Under the pieces are notes generated by a model, which did no database searches, was not told where the DNA came from, and saw only the letters and a program-made list of their open reading frames with translations. A DNA stretch of 64,000 nucleotides, from contig CAVTRK010000003.1 in assembly GCA_963737095.1 (NCBI GenBank), positions 74,222-138,221 on the forward strand, given 5' to 3'. Positions 36,384 through 47,500 of this stretch are shown piece by piece; the first letter of the stretch is position 1, and each line of letters starts with the position of its first letter. Both the position numbers and the translations under genes were made by a program. Origin of the DNA: an uncultured Acidobacteriota bacterium. Its GTDB lineage: Bacteria > Acidobacteriota > Terriglobia > Terriglobales > Acidobacteriaceae.

Positions 36384-38603
36384 ATGCGGTTGTTCACCCT
36401 CTTGCTACTCGCGGGATTGAGTCTCCCCGCAATCTCTTCCGCGCAGGACCACTACAAATATCCATTTCAAAATCCAAATCTGCCGACAGAACAGCGCGTC
36501 GACAATCTGCTTTCGCTGATGACATTGCAGGAAAAGATTGATGCTCTCGGCACCGATCCCGACGTACCCCGCCTGGGCGTTCACGGCTCCGGCCAGATTG
36601 AAGGCCTGCACGGTGTCGCCCTCGGGGGCCCTGGCGGCTGGGGCCGCGTGTTTCCGCCGGGGGTCAAGCGCGGGACTCCGGGTGTGCATCCGCTGAACAA
36701 GCCGTTGGAGACCACGCAATTTCCGCAGGAGGTCGGGCTGGGAGAGACCTGGGATCCCACACTGCTGCAGCAAGCGGCCACTGAAGAAGGTATCGAGGCG
36801 CGCTACATATTTCAGAGCAGCGGACGGGGTGGACTGGTGATTCGCGCACCGAACTTGAATCTTGAGCGCGATCCGCGTTGGGGACGGTCAGAAGAATCCA
36901 TGGGCGAAGATCCCTACCTGGTCGGAACCATGGGAATCGCATTCGTCAAGGGTCTCCAAGGAAATGACGGCCGCTATTGGCGGACATCATCGCTGCTGAA
37001 GCATTTCGTGGCCTACAGCAACGAAACTGATCGCAGCGGATCTTCTTCCAATTTTGACGCGCGGCTTTTGCACGAGTACTACACCGTGGGCTTTCGCATG
37101 GCGATTGAGCAGGGTGGCGCGAATGCGTACATGACAAGCTACAACGCAGTCAACGGCATTCCCATGACCGCCAATCCCATGTTGAAGAACCTGACCATGA
37201 AGAAATGGGGATTCAACGGCATCATCTGCACGGATGCCGGAGCATTGACTTTCATGGTGACTGCGCACAAATATTCCCCCAACGGGGATGAAGCCGCGGC
37301 CGCAGCTATTCACGCTGGCATCAACCAGTTTCTGGACAAGTACCGCCCTGGAGTCGAAGGTGCGCTGCAAAAGAAGCTGATCACAGAAGCGGATTTGGAT
37401 GAGAATCTGCGAGGCGTCTACCGAGTCATGATCCGGCTAGGATTGCTCGATCCGCCCAGCCTTGTTCCATTCACTTCGATCAATGACAAGTACGGGCCTG
37501 CACCGTGGGAAAGCGACGCCACCAAGCAACTCGCCCTGCATGTCACCGAGGAATCCATCGTTCTGTTGAAGAATGCGAACCATGCGCTGCCGCTGGACAT
37601 GGACAAGCTGCACTCGATCGCTGTGATCGGTCCGCGCGCCGATGAGGTGGATCTTGATTGGTACAGCGGAACGCCTCCCTTTGTAATTACGCCGCTGCAG
37701 GGTATCCGGAGTTATGTTGGGTCGTCGGTGAAAGTAAACTACGCGGCAGACAATACGAACGGCGCGGCGGTACAGGCAGCAAAAACCTCCGACGTGGCGA
37801 TCGTCTTTGTTGGCAACCAGCCTACTTGCGGCATGGGATGGGGCCATTGCCCCGATCCTACCGAAGGCAAAGAAGCCTTTGACCGCAAATCAATCAGCAT
37901 GAATCCGGGCCAGGAAAAATTGATTCAGGATGTCTACGCGGCGAATCCACGGACCGTCGTCGTCCTGGTGTCCAGCTTTCCATACACCATTAACTGGTCG
38001 CAGGAACATGTGCCTGCAATCCTGCACATGGCCGCGAACAGTGAAGATGAGGGCCCCGCGATTGCGAATGCTTTGTTCGGCAAATACAATCCCGGCGGAC
38101 GCCTTGTCGTGACCTGGCCGAAATCCATCGACCAATTACCCCCGCTGATGGACTACAACATCCGCGATGGCCGCACCTACATGTACTTCAAGGGCGAGCC
38201 GCTCTACCCTTTCGGCTTTGGCCTCAGCTACACAACTTTCAAATACTCCAATCTGGTGATCAGTACTCCGACCCTCGCGAATAATGGGCAGGTGACGGTG
38301 AGTGTGGATGTGAAAAACGAAGGCGCACGTGGCGGGGATGAAGTGGTTCAGATGTATGTCAGCTATCCAGATTCCAAAGTTTCGCGCCCACGGGAACAGC
38401 TTCGTGGATTTGAACGTGTGCATCTGGAACCCGGTGCTACGCAGACGGTACGCTTGCCGCTCACAGCTAGCAGCCTTGCCTATTGGGACGAAGCTGCCGG
38501 ACATTTTGTTGTCGAACCAGGAACTGTCAAGGTGATGATTGGCAGTTCTTCTGCAGATATTCAGTTGGAAAAATCTCTTCTTGTCGCCCAGGTACAACCT
38601 TGA
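36384..38603 (+). CDS. Secreted GH3 beta-glucosidase/beta-xylosidase-type exo-hydrolase with a C-terminal Fn3-like domain
   Basis: Motifs ERDPRWGRSEESMGEDPYL and KHFVAYSNE, a (GF)NGIICTDAGAL nucleophile-region analogue, and a C-terminal GGDEVVQMYVSYP...LRGFERVHLEPG. Signal peptide. SD GAGGAG. Confidence 0.85.
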   Translation: MRLFTLLLLAGLSLPAISSAQDHYKYPFQNPNLPTEQRVDNLLSLMTLQEKIDALGTDPDVPRLGVHGSGQIEGLHGVALGGPGGWGRVFPPGVKRGTPGVHPLNKPLETTQFPQEVGLGETWDPTLLQQAATEEGIEARYIFQSSGRGGLVIRAPNLNLERDPRWGRSEESMGEDPYLVGTMGIAFVKGLQGNDGRYWRTSSLLKHFVAYSNETDRSGSSSNFDARLLHEYYTVGFRMAIEQGGANAYMTSYNAVNGIPMTANPMLKNLTMKKWGFNGIICTDAGALTFMVTAHKYSPNGDEAAAAAIHAGINQFLDKYRPGVEGALQKKLITEADLDENLRGVYRVMIRLGLLDPPSLVPFTSINDKYGPAPWESDATKQLALHVTEESIVLLKNANHALPLDMDKLHSIAVIGPRADEVDLDWYSGTPPFVITPLQGIRSYVGSSVKVNYAADNTNGAAVQAAKTSDVAIVFVGNQPTCGMGWGHCPDPTEGKEAFDRKSISMNPGQEKLIQDVYAANPRTVVVLVSSFPYTINWSQEHVPAILHMAANSEDEGPAIANALFGKYNPGGRLVVTWPKSIDQLPPLMDYNIRDGRTYMYFKGEPLYPFGFGLSYTTFKYSNLVISTPTLANNGQVTVSVDVKNEGARGGDEVVQMYVSYPDSKVSRPREQLRGFERVHLEPGATQTVRLPLTASSLAYWDEAAGHFVVEPGTVKVMIGSSSADIQLEKSLLVAQVQP

Positions 38604-38632
38604 GCGATTGATTCTGTCGGAGGAAAAATTCT

Positions 38633-41029
38633 GTGCCCCATCTAGTCTCTAAGCTTCACCTGAGCCGCCTGACTCTCACCACCGGTCTTGTTTTCTCAGC
38701 GACGCTGCTGACAGCGCAGACTGGAATCGTTGTCACCAAGACAGCGCAGGGCGCGACAGTCAGGACAAAAACAGACACGCTGCATCTGACCGTTTGCGGC
38801 CCCAATTCCATCCACGTCGTTGGCGCCCCGAACACTGAGAACGATGGTAATGTTCTGGCTGGAACTCCCAAAGAGCCGTGGATGGTCGATGCCTGCACAC
38901 CGGCGAAGTTCACGCTGGACATCCCGCAAAACACCTCTTCGGCGCATCATGAGAAGCGGTTGTGGAATCCAGTGGTCGCGACGTTGGACACGGGAAGCGT
39001 ACGCGTACTCATCTCCCTCGACACCGGGAGCCTCGAATTCAAAGACGAGCAGGACAATCGCCTTCTACAGGAATTTCAGGATCGGCCGCGCACCTACCGC
39101 CCCGTCACCCGCAACGGCGAAGCCCTCTTCAGCGTTGAAGATAGGTTCTATCCAGCAGTGCGGGAGGCGCTCTATGGATTGGGGCAACATCAGAACGGCG
39201 TGTTCAACTATCGCGGTACGGTAGTCGAACTGGCGCAGGCCAACACGGATGTCGATATTCCCCTGCTGGTTTCGACCAACGGATATGGGATCTTCTGGAA
39301 CTCCGCGGCCATTTCTTACTACGACAATCGCTTCCCTTCGGAGATGCGTTTCAGCTCCAACGCCTCGCACGCGATCGACTACTACTTTCTCTATGGTCCC
39401 GACATGGACCAGGTCGTCCATCAATATCGCGTGATGACCGGCCATGCGCCCATGTTCCCTGAATGGGCCTATGGATTCTTCCAGTCGAAAGATCGCTATC
39501 AAAGCTCTGACGAACTCTTAAAGATTGCGAATGAATATCGCAGCCAGCATGTGCCGCTTGACGCGATTGTGCAGGACTGGTTCTGGTGGGTGAAGCAGGG
39601 CGATCCGGAATTCCGCCCCGACGCCTATCCGAATGTTCCAGCGATGTTGCAGAAGCTACACGACCAACACGTCCACGCCATGTTGAGCGTGTGGGCGGTT
39701 TTCAATCCGCAGTCAAAAAACTTTGTGGAGATGAAGCAGCGCGGACTAATAGTTCCTGGAACTACGGATTACGACGCGACGAATCCCGCTGCGGGAAACT
39801 TTTACTGGAATCACCTGATTGGCAAATTATTCGCGCAGGGCTGGGACGCATTCTGGCTTGACAGCTCTGAGCCGGAAATCGCCTATCCGCATGGTGGCGA
39901 AAGTGACGCCTCGCTCGAAGACAGAAAGCTTTTCATCGGCAATGGCGCACTCTACACCAATGTCTTTCCGTTAATGCATACCGGGAACGTGTATCAGCAT
40001 TGGCGCGAGACAACGGACAAGAAACGCGTGTTTATCCTGACCCGTTCTGCCTTCGCCGGACAACAGCGCAATGCAGCGACTACCTGGTCAGGCGATGTAT
40101 TCAGCACCTTCTGGGCCTTCTCGCGCCAGGTGCCTGCAGGCCTGAACTTCGCGCTCTCCGGCATGCCCTACTGGACGACTGACATCGCAGGCTACGGTCC
40201 ACCGCTGGCGCGCGACACCCACGACCCGGCTTATCAGGAGCTATACGCGCGCTGGTTTGAGTACGGCGTCTTCTGTCCGATTTTCCGTACCCACGGCCAC
40301 CGCGCTAACAATGAGAATGAGGTGTTTTCCTATGGCCCGGTCACGCCTATCCTGATCCGCTACGACAAGCTGCGTTATCGCCTGTTGCCCTACATCTATT
40401 CATTGGCGTGGCAGGTTACGGATCACGATTCGACCATCATGCGTCCGCTTGTGATGGATTGGAGAACCGATCGTAAAACGTGGAACATCGGCGACGAGTA
40501 TATGTTTGGCCCCGATTTGCTGGTCAGCCCAGTCACGCAAGAGGGAGCCACGAGTCGCTCGATCTACTTGCCGGCATCTCCTGCGTGGTATGACTTCTGG
40601 ACTGGAGACAAAACGAATGGAGGCCAGCGCGTGGAAGCGAATGCCCCGCTCGACCGGATCCCAGTCTATGTTCGCGCCGGATCGATACTTCCCATGGGAC
40701 CAGAGGTTGAATGGGCCACCGAGAAACCCGCCGCTCCGATCGAACTGCGTGTTTATCGCGGTGCTGATGGCAGCTTCCAGTTGTACGACGACGCAGGCAA
40801 TACCTATGCGTACGAAAAGGGTGAGCACGCGGTGATCCCGATCCATTGGAATGATGCGACAAACACATTGACCATCGGCGCTCGGGAAGGATCGTATCCG
40901 CAGATGGCGCAGCAGCGGACCTTTGACGTTGTGTTTGTGGGTGCGAATCACGGCGCCGGCATGGAAGTCACGACAACTCCGGACAAGCAGGTGCAGTATA
41001 GCGGGACCGCCGTCAGCGTGACGCCCTGA
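38633..41029 (+). CDS. Secreted GH31 alpha-xylosidase/alpha-glucosidase
   Basis: Motifs IVQDWFWW, GWDAFWLDSSEPE, RVFILTRSAFAGQQRNAATTWSGDV, YWTTDIAGY and FRTHGH. GTG start with SD GGAGGA. Confidence 0.85.
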   Translation: MPHLVSKLHLSRLTLTTGLVFSATLLTAQTGIVVTKTAQGATVRTKTDTLHLTVCGPNSIHVVGAPNTENDGNVLAGTPKEPWMVDACTPAKFTLDIPQNTSSAHHEKRLWNPVVATLDTGSVRVLISLDTGSLEFKDEQDNRLLQEFQDRPRTYRPVTRNGEALFSVEDRFYPAVREALYGLGQHQNGVFNYRGTVVELAQANTDVDIPLLVSTNGYGIFWNSAAISYYDNRFPSEMRFSSNASHAIDYYFLYGPDMDQVVHQYRVMTGHAPMFPEWAYGFFQSKDRYQSSDELLKIANEYRSQHVPLDAIVQDWFWWVKQGDPEFRPDAYPNVPAMLQKLHDQHVHAMLSVWAVFNPQSKNFVEMKQRGLIVPGTTDYDATNPAAGNFYWNHLIGKLFAQGWDAFWLDSSEPEIAYPHGGESDASLEDRKLFIGNGALYTNVFPLMHTGNVYQHWRETTDKKRVFILTRSAFAGQQRNAATTWSGDVFSTFWAFSRQVPAGLNFALSGMPYWTTDIAGYGPPLARDTHDPAYQELYARWFEYGVFCPIFRTHGHRANNENEVFSYGPVTPILIRYDKLRYRLLPYIYSLAWQVTDHDSTIMRPLVMDWRTDRKTWNIGDEYMFGPDLLVSPVTQEGATSRSIYLPASPAWYDFWTGDKTNGGQRVEANAPLDRIPVYVRAGSILPMGPEVEWATEKPAAPIELRVYRGADGSFQLYDDAGNTYAYEKGEHAVIPIHWNDATNTLTIGAREGSYPQMAQQRTFDVVFVGANHGAGMEVTTTPDKQVQYSGTAVSVTP

Positions 41030-41076
41030 GTTTCAGAACGAGGACCAGCAAGACTTGATGGAAGTGGGCGCGGCTC

Positions 41077-42765
41077 CTATTTCGCCGGTGCATTGAAGGG
41101 TGTTGTCTTAACGATTCCCTTCCCTTCGACAATGGTGTAGATGGCATCGGCCGGGACGTTGTTCAGAATTTCTTTCTGCCCGCTGGGCCAGGCGATTTCT
41201 ACCTTCTTCATCACCGCATCCTGGCCCAGTCCAAAATGCAGGCGGGTGTCGTTCGATGAAAGATAGCTGCCACCGCCATGAACCTCATCGATCTGTGTCA
41301 TTTTCGAGGTCACTACGGTCATCCGTGCTCCAATTGCCGCGCGATTGCTTTTCGTCCCAACCAATTGGAATAAAACCCGATGATTGGAATTATTTGTTTC
41401 GTTCAGGAAAACGGATGGCGGCGCGCCGATGTTATACGCAACCACATCGACATTGCCATCATTGTTAATATCGCCGAATGCGGTTCCGCGCCTCGACTGC
41501 AAGGGCCCATCATTCAACCCGGCGATATCCGCGATTTCCTTGAATGAACTGCCATCGATATTCCGATACAGCTGAATTGGCTCGCGATATTTCAACTCAT
41601 CCGGCAGCGTATCGACCAGCGGACTTACGTTTCCGTTGGCTACAAAAATGTCCGGCCACCCATCGTTATCAAAGTCGGCAAAACCGCTGCCCCAGCGCAC
41701 AGGAGAATACTTTAGCTGGTAAAGCTTCGCATCCCAGGTAGTGTCGACGAACCCCTCCACTCCCTGATTGTGAAACAGAGTCATCGGCTGATACCCATAA
41801 CGGGTCACGACCAGATCGAATTTGCCGTCGCGATCATAGTCTCCAAAGTCTCCCGCCATGTTGCCCATCGGATGCCCATCCTGACTCAAGGCAACTCCCA
41901 GCAACATCGCGTCGTCCTCAAACTTTCCATTGTGCAAGTTGTGATAGAGGAAATTTGGACCTTGATCATTGGCGACAAATAAATCCGGCCAGCCATCGCC
42001 ATCGTAATCCCCCCAGGAAACACCCATACCGAGACGTTTCTCTGGATTGCTGACGCCCGCCTTGACTCCTACCTCTTCAAATGTGCCGTCACCTTTGTTG
42101 TGAAACAACAGATCAGACTCACCTTCGCTGATGGGGACCTCGATGGGAAGCCCTCGATACGATAATGCCTTGGCGCCCGGCTGAGGAAGATGGTGGATGT
42201 CGGTGTTGACGTATCGCGAGACAAAAAGATCCAGGTTGCCGTCGCGATCGTAATCTCCCCAGGCTGCACCAACGCTAAAGCCTCCACCGGCGATTCCCGC
42301 TTTCTGGGTAACATCCTTGAACTTGCAATTTCCCATGTTTTGATAGAGGACGTTATGCCCATATCCGGCCACGTATATATCAGTGAGACCATCGTTATTG
42401 AAATCCCCGATAGCCAGGCCCATACCCCAACCCTTCGTGGTCAGTCCGGCGGACTGGGTGACATCCGTAAAGTGCAAGCCAGCATCCTGGTGATAGAGCG
42501 TAATCATCGGATCGCCGCCATGCAGGAAATGATCGATCGACGAATCGTTCACCGTGACGATGTCGAGTTTGCCGTCGCCATCGCAATCGAACAGCCCGAT
42601 ACCGCCTCCCATGGTCTCTAGCAGATATCGCATCTCAGGTGAAGTGTAGGGAACCTTGGTGATGCCGACTTGAGACGCAACATCGTGAAAATGTATAGGA
42701 GCTGGCGTCGAGGGCGCTGTTGCGGGTGACAGAAACAGCGCTAGAACAAATAGTAGCGAATTCAT
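41077..42765 (-). CDS. CRTAC1/ASPIC-UnbV family FG-GAP (VCBS) repeat protein, secreted
   Basis: Seven Ca-binding-like repeats (DCDGDGKLDIV, DFNNDGLTDIYV, DYDRDGNLDLFV, DYDGDGWPDLFV, DYDRDGKFDLVV, DFDNDGWPDIFV, DINNDGNVDVV). The C-terminus has RAAIGARMTVV...GGGSYLSSNDTRLHFGLG. Confidence 0.8.
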   Translation of the reverse strand: MNSLLFVLALFLSPATAPSTPAPIHFHDVASQVGITKVPYTSPEMRYLLETMGGGIGLFDCDGDGKLDIVTVNDSSIDHFLHGGDPMITLYHQDAGLHFTDVTQSAGLTTKGWGMGLAIGDFNNDGLTDIYVAGYGHNVLYQNMGNCKFKDVTQKAGIAGGGFSVGAAWGDYDRDGNLDLFVSRYVNTDIHHLPQPGAKALSYRGLPIEVPISEGESDLLFHNKGDGTFEEVGVKAGVSNPEKRLGMGVSWGDYDGDGWPDLFVANDQGPNFLYHNLHNGKFEDDAMLLGVALSQDGHPMGNMAGDFGDYDRDGKFDLVVTRYGYQPMTLFHNQGVEGFVDTTWDAKLYQLKYSPVRWGSGFADFDNDGWPDIFVANGNVSPLVDTLPDELKYREPIQLYRNIDGSSFKEIADIAGLNDGPLQSRRGTAFGDINNDGNVDVVAYNIGAPPSVFLNETNNSNHRVLFQLVGTKSNRAAIGARMTVVTSKMTQIDEVHGGGSYLSSNDTRLHFGLGQDAVMKKVEIAWPSGQKEILNNVPADAIYTIVEGKGIVKTTPFNAPAK

Positions 42766-42820
42766 AGGCGAAAGGGATGTGGCAGTCTCGTCGCTACAAG
42801 CGACTTATTCAGAAGCCAAG

Positions 42821-44428
42821 CTATTTCATGCTTCCTTTATTCAGATTTTGTTCATCTTGCTTAGTTCGCTCAAGGCTGGTCGTCAGCATGGAACGCGCAC
42901 TGTCGTCACTCGGATGAGTTTGCAGATAGCGCTGCAGCGGCGGGATGGCCTGTCCATATTGTCCGTCGAGATAGGCCGCACGCCCCCAGTTCAAATCCAG
43001 CCCTTCTAAACTGGGTGCCCATTTCGCTGTGTCTTGAAAATACGTTGTCGCTTGTTTGTAATCCTTCTGGATCGCCGAAATGACTCCCAAGTTGTTGTAA
43101 GCGTCGGCGATTGCCGGGCCGAGCTTTGCCTCGACCGCCTGTGCCTTTTGCAATTGCTGCGCATCGATCGATGGAGGCGCACTCATGTTATTACCGGGCA
43201 GCTGCAATGGAGCCTCCCCATGCGCGGGGCCGCCGGTCTCCGCCTGCTTGGCCTTGTCCATTTGCTGCAGCAACCCACTGGATATCTGAATCTGCTGCCG
43301 AGCTTGCTCCGCTTTCCCTGTCTGCATTAAGACTCGTGCCAGCAGGTAATGGGCGCGCTGCACCTGGTAATTGTTTCGCGACAAATCGCGAGTTAGCTCG
43401 ATGGAACGAGTCAGCGCCGCCTGCGCCTTTGCGGGTTGATTCATCTCCATATATAGCTGGCCCAGCATAAAATCGATATCCGGATCTTGAGGCGCCAGCG
43501 TGTTGGCGCGGAGCAATTCAGTTTCCGCCTCGGAAAAATTATGCTGCTTCATCGCGATATATCCGAGCTGCGAATGGCTCAAAATATCGTTCGGGGAAAT
43601 TTCAAGTTCTTTGCGGAACTCAGCCGCAGCCTTGGCAAAGTTCATCTCTCCCATGTTTTGCAGATAGGCTGCTCCTAAGGAGTAATGCGCGCCAGGCAGG
43701 TTGGCATTCTCAGCGATGGCTTTCTTGAATTCCTCCTCAGCCCGCTCCGAATAATCTGTCTCTGCATATTGCAGCCCGATATCCATATGCAGCTGTGCGG
43801 TATCGCCAAAACCTTTCATCATTTCTCGAAAGATGGTCGCCGCCTGTGCTTCTTGCTTCAGTGTCAGGTCCGCCCGCGCCAAGGCGAGCCCGTCAGCATA
43901 GTTGGGGTCTAGCGCCACCGCTGCTTCCATCTGCTTCTGCGCTTGCTGATTATCTTTCTTCAGCAACAACACGCGCCCCAGTGCCAGATGCGCCGCGGCG
44001 CTGCGTGGAGCCCTCGCAACGGCATCCTGGGCCAGATCCCTGGCCTTCTCCAGATCACCAGCGGCGATGGCCTCCTGCACGTAATCCAGACGCATGTTCA
44101 GGTCACCGGGATCGAGTAGCAGCCCCTCGTCAAATAACGACGTGGCCTCGCTATAGTCGCCGACATTGGCAAAGTTCTGCGCCAGCAGGTTCAAGGCATG
44201 CACGATGAAAAGCTTGGAGTAGGCGGCTGCACGTGTCATATCTCCTTGTGAGTGCGCCTGCTGCGCCGCATCATAGTCCTGCTTCAACTCCGAACCAGAT
44301 TGGTGGCTTGCCTGATAGGCGTAGGAAGGAACAACCAACACAGCTGCGATGACAGTTACCGCACTCGGCAAGTAATGTGGATATCGGATTCTCAGGGAAA
44401 ACTTCATGCAGAGACTGGGGTCGGCCAT
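42821..44428 (-). CDS. Tetratricopeptide-repeat protein with a signal/anchor-like N-terminus
   Basis: Multiple 34-residue A/L/Y-rich TPR units (e.g. AHYSLGAAYLQNMGEMNFAKAAAEFRKELEISPND). An alternative start is at ATG 44407. Confidence 0.7.
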   Translation of the reverse strand: MADPSLCMKFSLRIRYPHYLPSAVTVIAAVLVVPSYAYQASHQSGSELKQDYDAAQQAHSQGDMTRAAAYSKLFIVHALNLLAQNFANVGDYSEATSLFDEGLLLDPGDLNMRLDYVQEAIAAGDLEKARDLAQDAVARAPRSAAAHLALGRVLLLKKDNQQAQKQMEAAVALDPNYADGLALARADLTLKQEAQAATIFREMMKGFGDTAQLHMDIGLQYAETDYSERAEEEFKKAIAENANLPGAHYSLGAAYLQNMGEMNFAKAAAEFRKELEISPNDILSHSQLGYIAMKQHNFSEAETELLRANTLAPQDPDIDFMLGQLYMEMNQPAKAQAALTRSIELTRDLSRNNYQVQRAHYLLARVLMQTGKAEQARQQIQISSGLLQQMDKAKQAETGGPAHGEAPLQLPGNNMSAPPSIDAQQLQKAQAVEAKLGPAIADAYNNLGVISAIQKDYKQATTYFQDTAKWAPSLEGLDLNWGRAAYLDGQYGQAIPPLQRYLQTHPSDDSARSMLTTSLERTKQDEQNLNKGSMK

Positions 44429-44528
44429 CCCAAGAAATCAAGAGATTGGCTCGCATCCTGGATGTTGAAGCAAGTATAAATGGCCTCAAACTGAACCGGC
44501 CTCTTGTTCCACAGAGATATTCACCAGC

Positions 44529-44563
44529 AAAAAAAGGTTGGGGCATCTCTTGCGAGATGCCCC
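44529..44563 (-). terminator. Rho-independent terminator after the TonB-dependent receptor gene
   Basis: Minus strand GGGGCATCTC-GCAA-GAGATGCCCC forms a 10-bp perfect stem. It is followed by AACC and TTTTTTT, and begins 22 nt after the stop codon (44585). Confidence 0.65.
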
Positions 44564-44584
44564 AAAGTTCTGCGGAGGTTAGGG

Positions 44585-47500
44585 TTAGAAGATATATTTC
44601 AAGTCCAACGAGATGATTCTCTGCGAAGGCGCTCCGGATTTTTGATCTAGAAAACCGAACGTAGGGGAGTTGGTGGCCGTGTTCGGGGTAATCGCCTTGG
44701 TTTGATAATCGACGAGATAATTGAGCTTCAACTGGTTGTTGCTGCTGAACTGCGGCAATGGGTGATTCATCCAGTTACCCATCCCAAAGCGGAATTGAAC
44801 GTTCTGGCTGCCCTTGATAGGAAATGTCTTGTAGAAAGCCAAGTCGTTTTCAAGGTAAGCGGCGTTCGCCATGTAGGGATACTTCTGTCCACCGTATTGA
44901 CCGATTGCCGGTGCGGCAAAGCAGCCCAGTTTGACTCGCTGCTTGCTCGCCAGTCCGGACGTCGGATTGCAGGTCAGCACCGCCATGATGTTCAGCGGTG
45001 CGTCCGTTCCGTAGTAGGTGTTGGGGCCGATGCTAGTGGTGATTCCTTGCGCCCCAGCGTTCGCCGGAAGGTTGTCATAGCTCAAGGAGAGCTGTTGGAC
45101 AAAGCCACCCTGTACTTCTTGCTCAAGACTGCCGCCTGCCTGCCATGACGTAATTCCTGAAACTGTCCAGCCATTCGCCGCCGCCCGAAGCAGCGCGTTG
45201 CTGCCATGGATCAACTCTCCAAACTGGTACATGTAGTTTGAGTTGAACAGATAGGGGCGATTGACATTCAACACGCCGTAGTTGGCGCGGACTACGAAGG
45301 GATTCACCTGCAAGGCTGCTGTTCCCAACTGCTTCTGCCATGTGAAGTTGAAGTCAAAGATGAACCTGCCGGCACGTTTTGACCACTGGGCCTGTAGTGC
45401 ATTGTAGTTGGAGAAGAAATTCGACTGGTGCATGTACACCGAGTTGGTGCCGTAGGCAAAACCTAACGGGTGATAGTCGGCAAATTGGTTGCATAGACGT
45501 TGCCCAGCGCAGGTCGTGCTTACGTTCTCCGGGTTGGTGGCAACCAGTCCCGTTGCCGGATCAGGAGCAAATAATCCACCTACAGGAGTTTTATTCTGGT
45601 CGGCAATCGCATTGAACGATGAACCGTTGCTGGATTCGCCCATGTTGGTCATCTGGCTGCTGCTGCTGCCGACATAGGCAATATCCAGCAGAGAGTTCCA
45701 AGGCAGTTGTTGATCGACGGTCAAGTTCCATGTATAGGTGAGCGGAACTCCGTAGTCGGTTGGATCGGCGCCGGTTTGACCACCATTGATGCCGGTTCCC
45801 GGCTGGAACCCGGGTTGTCCTGCAACCGGGGCAGGAGCGATGTTGGCGGCTTGACCTAGAGGCGTGTTGATGAAACCGATTTGGGACTGCAACACTTCCT
45901 TACCACCGGGCAAGCTATAGGTCCGGATATTCTGTGCGGTTTGCAGATCAGCAGCATAGTCGTTGTATTGATCCTGCCAACGATAAGCACCCCAACCGCC
46001 GCGTACCATTGTCCGGCCAGTGCCAAACACGTCATAGGCCATACCGAATCGCGGAGCCAGGAAGGCAAGCCGGTTCGGCTGACCGCTCAGCGGTATCCCA
46101 GAGCTGATGCCGTGCCAGTAGAAACCAGGCTCTGCTTTGCCGGAGTAATAGTCCGAGGCAACGCGGCTCTTATAGAAGACCGCCATACCGTTTCCAGTGC
46201 GGTCGTACCAGTGACCGACGTGTTCCAGACGGAATCCAATGTCCACGCTCAGCTTGTTGTTCACCTTCCAGTTGTCGTTCCCGTAGAAGGAGACGATCTG
46301 GTAGGCCATGTCGCTGTTGGGCGATTTATTGGCTTCGTTGTAGCCCGTCACCGAACCCATGACGAAGTTCGCCGTTGGGTTATTCGGAGATCCAACGATA
46401 TGTCCAAGGAACGGGTTCGGATTCTGTCCACCGTAGCTGAAGATACCGTTCATCTGCTGACCGCCGCCCTGGTAGTTGGCGGTGTTCTGCGTGAAGGCCC
46501 CAAATTTCAAAGTGTGCGAACCAACGACTTTGGTAAAGTCATCCGCAAAGGCTGGATCTTCTTTGCGTACCTGGTAGACACCGGACGGCTCATAGTCATC
46601 TCCCTGCGAGAAATCTGGGAAGGTGAAATTTCCAGCCGAGTTATAGGCAGGGGCCAGCTTCGATCCAGGACTGAAGACTTCGCCGTAGCCCGGGCCCGTT
46701 GGATAGCCAAAGGTGGTTTTGAGAGCGCCATTCGGATCAGCAGGCTGATTCGGCAAATTGCCATAACCCCAGCTCGCTATAACCTCGTTGGTGGTGGTGG
46801 CGTTGAATACATGGACGAAATGGCCTGCCGCGCTCTTGGTGTAGGAGTACTGATACAACCCGCCGCCAGGGTACGGGACCGAGTTGCCCGGAGTCCAGTA
46901 AATATGCGCGCCATTGCCCTGATCGAGCGAAGAGCTGTATTCCTGCTGGTAGGAGATGTAGAACTTGGTGTTTGCGCTCAAATTGTAGTCGACGCGTGCA
47001 CGCCATACCCAGCCGGGAACCTTGTTAGCGATTGGTTCGTAATAGTTATAGCCGCCCGGAGTAGTCTGCGGATTCGCATTCGCCTTCGGCCAGAAAGACG
47101 ACAACGCCTTCGAAGCGGGATCTACGAACGTCGCCGGGATCATTCCGTTCGTAACGGTCGTTCCATCCGGCAAAATCGTTCCCGTCAAGTCGTTGCACCA
47201 CTGCCCGGAGACTGCCGACGAAAAACCATTCGGGCACAGAGCCCTGTTGTCCGCATTGTCGCTCGTAAAATCACCAGCCATCATTTCCGGTGAAGGAATG
47301 AAAGACTGAAGGACGTTGGCATTTCCCTGGTTCTGGATCCATTTCTCGTAACCGCCCCAGAAGAACAGCTTTTTGCCCGTTTTTGGAACATATCCGCCGA
47401 AATTGCCGCCCGGATAGTAGTAATACGCGCCGCCCTTTGGTTTCCCTTGGTGGTTGCTCTGCCAGTCGTTGGCGTTCAAGGCGTCGTTGCGTGCGTCGAA

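Noticed and set aside
45881-47293. 470-aa plus-strand ORF
   Set aside because: It lies antisense within the TonB-dependent receptor gene and has Arg/Val-rich, shadow-ORF composition.
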